Shown: positions 56,373 through 64,000 of the stretch, piece after piece | How positions within the stretch are numbered: the stretch's first letter is position 1 | Layout: every line of letters begins with the position of its first letter | Origin: an uncultured Gammaproteobacteria bacterium | Lineage (GTDB): Bacteria > Patescibacteriota > Patescibacteriia > UBA11705 > DATKZF01 | Direction of reading: 5' to 3' | Length of the DNA: 64,000 nt | Assembly (NCBI GenBank): GCA_964411255.1 | Contig: CAYPKD010000002.1 | Location: 98,141 to 162,140, forward strand | Position numbers and translations under genes: made by a program | The notes under the pieces: generated by a model | Databases searched by the model: none | Told to the model about the DNA's origin: nothing | Seen by the model: the letters and a program-made list of their open reading frames with translations, nothing else

Positions 56373-59300
56373 TTATTCTTTTTCCCAAATAATGACCACA
56401 GCATGGTTGCCATCAGCATCCCAGTTTGCATAACCATTAAAGCTTGTTTCTGGTTCATATGTTAATTTTATCCTTGGGTTTAATGAAAAATGGTTTTGAT
56501 AATATTCAGCAACTTTATCTCTATTTGAGCTTGAGTTAGTGGATTTATCCAGCGGTACTGTGACAATATCTATTTTTCTTTTTTTCGCTGTTTCTATTGC
56601 ATAATCAAGTATTTCCTTAATCAAGGCATCCTGGCCAGCTTTGGTCAATAAATTTTCGCGTGGATTGTTTGCTCTGATATTTAGCACCTTTTTTCCATCT
56701 GGAGTGGTGGTTTCAATAAATAATACTGAACCCTCAATGTTTTGCTGTGGTTTATTGCGGTTGGTTACAAATACGATGGCAGTAATTCCTTCATATTCAC
56801 CATTGGCCAGTTCAAAATGTTGTGAGGTATAGCAGGCATCGCCAATGTCTCCGGCAAATATGCGGAGCAATCCTTTCTGAGGAACAAAATTGACTTCTGT
56901 TTTTACTATAGATTTTCTTTCGCCAATCTGAATGTTCTCTAATTTTTTTTGAGCGCTTAAAAGGATATGTTTTTCCGAGTCCTGGCTGGTTTGCCATAAA
57001 GATCCAAGCGCTTTAACCAAATTTTTTGAAAAAGGCTGATGATAAGTATGCTCTGGAATTTGATCTGAATGAAGATAATGTTCTCTTATATTAAAAACCA
57101 TTAAGTCACCAACTCGATCAATGTCTTGTTTTGTTAGCGTATCTTCAGCCTGACTGATTTTTTCTAGGATTTCCTTCCAGCCTTGTGCTGATATTTGATT
57201 GAGATGAAACGCTGATAAAGTATGCAGGACTGGCCAGGCTTCTTTTATTTGTGATAATTTATTCATTAATTCAATTAATTCATTCTCATCTGCTCCAGGG
57301 GAGAGAATAGAGTTTTCAAGTGTTTGTTTTGCTTCAGTCAGTCTTTGAATATTTTTTTCAATTCCTGGCCTGGCTTTTTCTGGCAAAGTTTCCAATCGGT
57401 CTTTGTTAGCCTTAATTTTTATATCAATTGAATCAATCAGCTTTTGTTTTTCTTCTTTCCAAAAACTGCCAATATCATCTATCTCAACACCTTGCTTAAT
57501 TGCATTTTTAAAATAATTAAAAGCTTCAATTAATTTTTCTCTATCTAGAATTTTTCTTTCCTGTTGCTTTAATTCTTGTTCACTAAAAGCTGGTCTTAAT
57601 ATATCAGCCTCTATTTTTACTGCTTTTTCCGTATATCCATTCGGCAGTTTAGTAGCTTGAGGATTTTTTTCTATTGTATTTTGCCAAGTGTAGAATAGAT
57701 CTTCATAATTATCAGACCGGCCCCAACGTGTGGTACCCAGCATGCCTTTGAAAATATCTATGCCTAAAGCTGAGTCAATTTTCTTTGGCATTTTATCTTT
57801 TAGAAGTTGGGTCATTAATTTTGTCCTAAACAATTTGATTTCATTTAAAATGGCAGCATTATTTGGCAGTTTTTCAATTTTTTTTGGACCAATAATTTCA
57901 ATTAAATAATTTTTTACATTTGGAGGTACATCTTCCAGTTTTTTTGTTTTTTTCAAAGCAACATAGGTAGACAGCAGTTCTGGAGTGTTAAATGGCCCAA
58001 AATCCTTAACAAAAGAAAGAAATAGCTGGCCGTCTTTTTTATTTTTCAAAGACAGATCTATATCTTCTCGTTTCTCAGCTTCATTGATAAGCGGAGTGAG
58101 CGCAACTACCCATGGGCAATATGCTTTTTTGTCTGCAAATGCCTGGACTTTTTTTAATTTTTGCAAGGAATCATACCATGGAATGTGTTTTTTATCTGAT
58201 TTGTCTATAAGAGCTAAATCTTTAAGCGAATCAAGGCCTTGATGATAATAATATTCAGGCGCAAACTGCTGGAATTCTTCTTCAGTATATAAACTACTAT
58301 TGGTTAATAAAAAGCCAAATTGGCCTTTTTCTAAAGCTAGTTTAGCAACTTCTACTTTTGACATGTTTAATTTATCTGGATTTTCAAAGAGTACACGTAA
58401 GTTCGTTTTTGAAATAAGTTGTTCAGCTAATAATTTTTTTCTTTTTGGCGTGATTTCAAAATGTTTAATAAAATCAGTGAACAATGCATATGAAGTTTGT
58501 ACTGCTGCATGATTAAATAATTCATCTTTTTGCTCATCAGTTAATGGTAGCTTTTCTTGGTCCATGGACCAGAGCATCCATCTGGGGTTGACTGGAATGA
58601 CCATATCAATGAAATCTTTTTCACTAAGTTCAAGATTATCTAAATGTTTGTATATTAATTCATAATTTTGAGAATATTTTAACAATGCCTGGGTAAGTGC
58701 TGTTTTATGCTCTTTGGTTAAAGGAAGTTTACCCATGACTTTTAGTAATTCATTTGGTGCTTTTTCTATACCCATTTCAATTAAATATTTTTTTTGGAGG
58801 TCAGAAAGTTCCAGATCATCAAGTCGTTTTAAAGCTTTTGCTGTTAATTTAGATGATATTTGAAAGATAAAGTTGTTATATTGACTTTTTGATAATTCAA
58901 TATCATTATTTAAATAATCTATAAAAACTGGTTCTGGAGATTGTTGAATTGTCAAATCAATTAGCTCTTGTTTATTTTCATCCGATAGGTTTTCTAAAAA
59001 AAGAGTATGAATATAAAGGCCTTGGATGACATTTGGTTTAGCAGCTGCTGCTTTAATCATTTTTTCCATATCATCATCTGTGAGATTAATTTTGTCTTGA
59101 GCTCTCGCTAGCCATACAGGATCTGATTCGATTACTAATTTTTTAAATTCGTCTTTTGGATAGCCTATTTTATCTAAATATTGAAGGATAAGGCCATATT
59201 TTTTTTTGTCCAATAATTTTTCTACTAAAAGCTCTTGTTGATCATCTGTTAAAGTAAAATTGTCTATAATGGTGACAAAACGATCAGGGCAATGTCTTAT

Positions 59301-61532
59301 TGATGCTTTTATGAATTTTGCTTTGAAATCATTAAAATCAGGATCATCTTTAATATGTTCATTAAAATTATTAATCATCCATTTGGTTGCCATGTAAGAA
59401 TGGGCTGCTTTCATTATAAATTGTCCTTTGCTGCGGTTTACTTTATCCAGATTTTCAAATAAAAGACCTGGATTTTTATCAATAAGTTCATTAACTAAAT
59501 AACTTTCTTGTTTATTCTCTAATTTTACTTTGTCAATATTCTTTATTAAATTTTCAGGATGAAAAACAGTTAATTCATGAATAAGCATGGGCATCTGCTC
59601 CTCAGTTATTCCAAATTGGGATAAGTTGTCAATTATTATTACAGGATTTTTAGCCAGCACACATAAGGTGAATTCTTTTTTTGTTATGCCGAATTTGGGA
59701 TAAAGATCAAACATTTCATCAATATTTTTTTCAATTAGATATTTCATGATCTGCTTTTTTTCCTGATCATTTAATTCATATTGGCCAATGTTTTCAAAAA
59801 GTTCAATATACTTTTCAATTAATTCCAAAGATACTTCATATGAATAATCTCCAAGCAGAATTTGGCTTGTTAATTTATGCTTTTCATCCTGAGTGAATTG
59901 GTGCTTGCCTTTTATTTTTTCTATTTCATCTTTCTTGTCGAGTTCATCTTCAAGTTCTTTTTCATCTAGTTTACCTTCAATAATAGGCATGTTTCTCAAT
60001 AACCAAATAGCATTTTCTTTTATTATGCTATTTATTATAGTTTCATCAGTTAATTTCATTTTTTTAGCATATTCAAATAATATGGCTGGATTGCGTCCGG
60101 CAGTTAGTTGTATTAATAAATTTAGTTGAGGCTGAGTGAATTCAAATTTGTCATAATTCTTTATTAAATATTCACTGGCATATTGTGTTTTTAAAGCAAT
60201 ATCAACTACTTTTGTTTTTTGCTCAGCAGTAAGTTTGAGTTCATTTATATTTTCAATCACCCATCTTGGTGATCGTTGGATTATCATATCAATTGCTTCA
60301 TCTTTTGTTATCCCTAATTTATCTAGATTTTCAAGAAGCTTATCTTGGCGATACATTGATAATCTGTTTGCTATTTTATCTAGATCTGGTTTCTCAAGTT
60401 TAAATTCATCAAGTTTTGTAACAATAACTTCAGGGAATCTGTTGATCATATAAGCTATTATTTCCCGCTTTTGATCATCAGTTAATTCAAATTTATTCAT
60501 ATTTTCAAACAGCCATTTGCTTCTGTCTAAAATTTTCTTATTTATTAGCCGCTCTTTTGTCATATCAAATTTATCCAGGTGTTTGAGTAGAAGATCAGGC
60601 TTTCTGTCATATAAATAAATTCGGACTTCATTAATTGCTGCCTGAGAAGGGGATATTTTGTTCCAGTTTTCTAAAATCATTTCAACATTGCCATGCTTTA
60701 AATCTTGAACAATTCTATCATGAATTCCCTGTGGTAAATTCAATTTATCAATATTGTCAAACAATGGCTGAGCTTTGTTTTCAAAACCCCAGCCGAGCAT
60801 ACCATCTACCAGCTCTTCAATTTGTTTTTGTGAAAATTTGAATTTTTCAATGTTATCAAAAATTGGCTTTGGATCACGGAGAAAGGTTTTGCTTACCAAT
60901 TCAAATAATTTTTCTTTTGGCAGATTAATTGAATCCATATTTTCGGCGATTTCAATCATATTTTTTTCAAAAAGCCTGGTAATAATCATTTCTGTTTGAT
61001 CTGGAGTGAACTGGGAAAAATCTATTTTGCTGATTATGCCTTTGAAATTTTCAGGCGAATATGACATTGATCTGATAAAATTGTGATATTGCGATTTTTT
61101 CGCTTCTTGTTCTGGCTTTTTTTCCATTTTAGCAACTTCAGGCAGGTATTTGTCTAAATTCTTTCTAAAAATTTTGATTGCTTTTTCTGGATTTGAATCA
61201 AATAATGAATAACAGCCATTGCTAATAAGATAAAATTTGAATATCGGGTGATTAACTTTTTTTTCAAATTCAGTAATAGCCAGTTCTGGATATTTTTCAA
61301 GTATATCATCAAGTGGCCTGAATATCTTTTCAAATTTATCCTCATCAGCTTCAGACATTTCTAATTGATCAGGATGAATATAGTAATTTTTACCACTAAA
61401 AAACTTATCAACCAATTGGTTAATGTTTTTTATTACCTTTGTCAATTCCTTAACATCAACTTCTTTTTCTTTTGGCTCTTTCAGTTCTTTTGGTTCAGAA
61501 GGAATGTCAATTTTTTGTACAGGCTCAGCCAT
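56373..61532 (-). CDS. giant alpha-solenoid repeat protein with C-terminal alpha/beta domain
   Basis: 1719 aa; recurring P..L..N.DK..LT..Q helical units; C-terminal FAGDIGDACYT..GSVLFIE..IRANNP. Confidence 0.75.
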   Translation of the reverse strand: MAEPVQKIDIPSEPKELKEPKEKEVDVKELTKVIKNINQLVDKFFSGKNYYIHPDQLEMSEADEDKFEKIFRPLDDILEKYPELAITEFEKKVNHPIFKFYLISNGCYSLFDSNPEKAIKIFRKNLDKYLPEVAKMEKKPEQEAKKSQYHNFIRSMSYSPENFKGIISKIDFSQFTPDQTEMIITRLFEKNMIEIAENMDSINLPKEKLFELVSKTFLRDPKPIFDNIEKFKFSQKQIEELVDGMLGWGFENKAQPLFDNIDKLNLPQGIHDRIVQDLKHGNVEMILENWNKISPSQAAINEVRIYLYDRKPDLLLKHLDKFDMTKERLINKKILDRSKWLFENMNKFELTDDQKREIIAYMINRFPEVIVTKLDEFKLEKPDLDKIANRLSMYRQDKLLENLDKLGITKDEAIDMIIQRSPRWVIENINELKLTAEQKTKVVDIALKTQYASEYLIKNYDKFEFTQPQLNLLIQLTAGRNPAILFEYAKKMKLTDETIINSIIKENAIWLLRNMPIIEGKLDEKELEDELDKKDEIEKIKGKHQFTQDEKHKLTSQILLGDYSYEVSLELIEKYIELFENIGQYELNDQEKKQIMKYLIEKNIDEMFDLYPKFGITKKEFTLCVLAKNPVIIIDNLSQFGITEEQMPMLIHELTVFHPENLIKNIDKVKLENKQESYLVNELIDKNPGLLFENLDKVNRSKGQFIMKAAHSYMATKWMINNFNEHIKDDPDFNDFKAKFIKASIRHCPDRFVTIIDNFTLTDDQQELLVEKLLDKKKYGLILQYLDKIGYPKDEFKKLVIESDPVWLARAQDKINLTDDDMEKMIKAAAAKPNVIQGLYIHTLFLENLSDENKQELIDLTIQQSPEPVFIDYLNNDIELSKSQYNNFIFQISSKLTAKALKRLDDLELSDLQKKYLIEMGIEKAPNELLKVMGKLPLTKEHKTALTQALLKYSQNYELIYKHLDNLELSEKDFIDMVIPVNPRWMLWSMDQEKLPLTDEQKDELFNHAAVQTSYALFTDFIKHFEITPKRKKLLAEQLISKTNLRVLFENPDKLNMSKVEVAKLALEKGQFGFLLTNSSLYTEEEFQQFAPEYYYHQGLDSLKDLALIDKSDKKHIPWYDSLQKLKKVQAFADKKAYCPWVVALTPLINEAEKREDIDLSLKNKKDGQLFLSFVKDFGPFNTPELLSTYVALKKTKKLEDVPPNVKNYLIEIIGPKKIEKLPNNAAILNEIKLFRTKLMTQLLKDKMPKKIDSALGIDIFKGMLGTTRWGRSDNYEDLFYTWQNTIEKNPQATKLPNGYTEKAVKIEADILRPAFSEQELKQQERKILDREKLIEAFNYFKNAIKQGVEIDDIGSFWKEEKQKLIDSIDIKIKANKDRLETLPEKARPGIEKNIQRLTEAKQTLENSILSPGADENELIELMNKLSQIKEAWPVLHTLSAFHLNQISAQGWKEILEKISQAEDTLTKQDIDRVGDLMVFNIREHYLHSDQIPEHTYHQPFSKNLVKALGSLWQTSQDSEKHILLSAQKKLENIQIGERKSIVKTEVNFVPQKGLLRIFAGDIGDACYTSQHFELANGEYEGITAIVFVTNRNKPQQNIEGSVLFIETTTPDGKKVLNIRANNPRENLLTKAGQDALIKEILDYAIETAKKRKIDIVTVPLDKSTNSSSNRDKVAEYYQNHFSLNPRIKLTYEPETSFNGYANWDADGNHAVVIIWEKE

Positions 61533-61794
61533 ATTATTTCAACGAGACAAGCCCCATAGGGGCGCCTTTGGGGTACGACCAGTAGTTTAATTTGTTGCAC
61601 TTGTTTTACTTGTCTTGCTCGTCTTGCTGGTGATTACTTAAATTATACTAAATTTTACTCAGTTTTACTATTTAAATTGTTATTAAGTGCAGCTATTATG
61701 TTTTTCTGTTCTTTTGTTTTTCAGTTCTTTAGTTCTTCCCCCTGTTCTTTAGCTGAAAAATATGCTATTTTATATTATAGAAAAGCTTTTAGCA

Positions 61795-63564
61795 ATGAGA
61801 AAATTAAGAAAACCAAAAAAATTTGAAAAAGAGAAAAAAGCGAGAATTATGGATCGCCGAATTTTTGTTTTACGCGGTTTTTTTATAATTTTTGCATTAA
61901 TAATTGCAGCAAAATTATTTACTGTCCAGGTTTTAGATCATCAGTATTATTACGCCTTGGCTTCTGACCAATATGAGATCTTCAAACAGCTTTATCCAGT
62001 GCGAGGAGATATTTTTGTCAGGGATGAAAAAGTGGGCGTAATTAATGAAGACTCTCTTTATCCGCTGGCTACCAACAAGGAATTGTCTTTAGTTTTTGCC
62101 AAGCCTTATGAAATACAGGATTCAGAAGAAGTAATGGAGGCATTAAAAGAGGTTTTTCATATAGATAATGAAGAAGAGGAAAAGGAAATTTTAGAAAAGC
62201 TGAACAAAGAAAATGATCCTTATGAACCGATCTGGCACCGGGTGGATGACAATACGGTTCAAAGGTTGAAAGATTTAAATCTTCAGGGTATATATTTTGC
62301 GCCTGAAAAGACGCGTTATTATCCAGAAGGCAATATTGGCAGTCATATTTTAGGATTTGTTAATTATTCAGAATCAAAAGGCAATTATGGCACTGAAGGT
62401 TGTTATGATGAAGTATTGGCTGGCAAGGCTGGATTTTTGCAATCAGAACTTGATAGCTTAGGCAGATGGATTTCAGTTTCTAATAAACGATTTGAAAAAG
62501 CAGAAGACGGAGCTGATATTATTTTAACAATAGATAAGTCAATTCAGTTTTTTGCCTGTGATCAGCTGAATAAAGCGGTTGAATCATATAATGCGCAGAG
62601 CGGCAGCTTAATAATAATGGAACCAAATACTGGAAAGATTATTGCCATGTGTGGTTCGCCTGATTATGATCCGAATAATTATAATAAAGTATCAGATATT
62701 GACGTTTTTAATGTTCAGGCAGTATCTGATGTTTACGAACCAGGTTCAATTTTTAAAACCATAACCATGGCCGCAGCAATTGACGCTGGTAAAGTTGATC
62801 CTTATACAACTTATAATGACACTGGATCGGTTACTATTGCAGATCATACGATTAGAAATTCTGATGGAGAAGGTCATGGAATAAAAAATATGACCAATGT
62901 TTTGGAAGAATCCTTAAATACAGGGTCTATTTTTGCAGCCAGGCAGCTGGGAGTTGGGGTATTTAAAAATTATGTTGAGAATTTTGGATTTGGGCAAAAA
63001 ACTGACATTGGTTTAACGCCAGAGTTTGCCGGAGATATTAGTTCATTAGAAAAACCAGGAGAAATTTATATGGCCACCGGATCTTTTGGCCAAGGTATTA
63101 CAACCACCGCAATTCAAATGGCAAATGCATATGCGGCAATTGTTAATGGAGGTAATTTGGTTAAACCATATATTATTGATGAAATTAGACATAATGATGG
63201 TACTGTTGAAAAAACAGAACCTCAGGTTTTGCGGCAGGTTATTTCAGAGCGAACTTCAGCCCTGGTCAAAGGCATGTTGATTTCTGTGGTAAAAAACGGC
63301 CATGCTGAACCTGCAGGCGTGCCAGGATATTTAGTTGGCGGCAAAACCGGAACTGCGCAGGTTCCAGATAAAGTGCACGGGGGATATAGCGCAGAAACCA
63401 TTCATTCATTTGTCGGGTTTGCGCCGCTGGAAGATCCCAAGTTTGTAATGATTGTAAAAATTGACAAGCCGCACCGGGCCTATGCAGTCTTGACTGCAGC
63501 CCCAACATTTGGTAAAATTTCTAAGTTCGTATTGGAATATTATGGAATTCCACCCACTGAATAA
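61795..63564 (+). CDS. ftsI: class B penicillin-binding protein (FtsI/PBP2 family)
   Basis: RGDIF, RYYP.G, LTID, YEPGSIFK (SxxK), SLN (SxN), GKTGTAQ; start likely ATG 61795. Confidence 0.92.
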   Translation: MRKLRKPKKFEKEKKARIMDRRIFVLRGFFIIFALIIAAKLFTVQVLDHQYYYALASDQYEIFKQLYPVRGDIFVRDEKVGVINEDSLYPLATNKELSLVFAKPYEIQDSEEVMEALKEVFHIDNEEEEKEILEKLNKENDPYEPIWHRVDDNTVQRLKDLNLQGIYFAPEKTRYYPEGNIGSHILGFVNYSESKGNYGTEGCYDEVLAGKAGFLQSELDSLGRWISVSNKRFEKAEDGADIILTIDKSIQFFACDQLNKAVESYNAQSGSLIIMEPNTGKIIAMCGSPDYDPNNYNKVSDIDVFNVQAVSDVYEPGSIFKTITMAAAIDAGKVDPYTTYNDTGSVTIADHTIRNSDGEGHGIKNMTNVLEESLNTGSIFAARQLGVGVFKNYVENFGFGQKTDIGLTPEFAGDISSLEKPGEIYMATGSFGQGITTTAIQMANAYAAIVNGGNLVKPYIIDEIRHNDGTVEKTEPQVLRQVISERTSALVKGMLISVVKNGHAEPAGVPGYLVGGKTGTAQVPDKVHGGYSAETIHSFVGFAPLEDPKFVMIVKIDKPHRAYAVLTAAPTFGKISKFVLEYYGIPPTE

Positions 63565-63609
63565 ATTTCAAAGAACAAATTACAAATAACAAATAAAATC
63601 TAAATTTCA

Positions 63610-63999
63610 ATGAACGAAATTCCAAATAGTAAAAAAGTATATGATTTAGAGGATAGAACATATACATTCGCCAAAGACGCGGCTTTATTTTGTAAAAAAA
63701 TTCCTAGGACGGTGAGTAATATCGAATATGGAAAACAATTGATTAGAGCAACAGCATCTGTCGGTGCAAATTATATTGAAGCAAATGAATCTCTAAGTAA
63801 AAAGGATTTCTCATTTAGAATTAAAATTTGTATAAAAGAATCAAAAGAGTCTGGCTATTGGTTACGATTAATAATTGAAACAAATGATGAAAGTTTTAGA
63901 GAAGAAGGAATGAGTCTTTTTGATGAATCAGTAGAATTAAAAAAGATTTTTTGTTCAATATTAGTTGAAGCAGATCCAAGTAAAAAGTTGGATAAGTAA
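63610..63999 (+). CDS. four helix bundle protein
   Basis: YDLEDRT..FA..QLIRATASVGANYIEA..KDF..I..KE..ES.YWL. Confidence 0.9.
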   Translation: MNEIPNSKKVYDLEDRTYTFAKDAALFCKKIPRTVSNIEYGKQLIRATASVGANYIEANESLSKKDFSFRIKICIKESKESGYWLRLIIETNDESFREEGMSLFDESVELKKIFCSILVEADPSKKLDK

Positions 64000-64000
64000 A

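Noticed and set aside
1249-63508. Many short antisense or alternate-frame ORFs inside long genes
   Set aside because: Shadow ORFs of well-supported genes, lacking motifs or start signals

Overview
AT-rich bacterial chromosomal window, most consistent with a Patescibacteria/CPR (Parcubacteria-type) genome. This is an inference from the SD-less core genes, short TsaB, four-helix-bundle genes and CPR-style membrane proteins. Core blocks: infA-rpmJ-rpsM-rpsK-rpsD-rpoA-rplQ-rplM-rpsI; flippase-pgeF-GT4-glmS; L10 leader-rplJ-rplL; L,D-transpeptidase-tsaB; mraZ-rsmH-ftsL, with ftsI about 27 kb downstream; sod-ogg; tgt. The standout is a 9.2 kb four-gene locus (13095-22294) in which every gene carries the same ~52-aa repeat resembling Pfam INT_rpt (20, 7, 1 and 1 copies by my count) yet no integrase is present. 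The two large repeat proteins share an unrecognised C-terminal domain, and the last gene is a nuclease-less SF2 helicase with two zinc ribbons. Other notable items: an RpoA lacking the alpha-CTD; an array of constant-anchor/variable-ectodomain membrane proteins with a duplicated four-helix-bundle gene; four tandem CCHC zinc microproteins; a DnaA-box cluster upstream of mraZ; several highly structured non-coding elements; and a split between SD-led stand-alone accessory genes and SD-less core genes. No rRNA, tRNA, CRISPR array, integrase or transposase was seen. All family assignments are by eye, without database searches.
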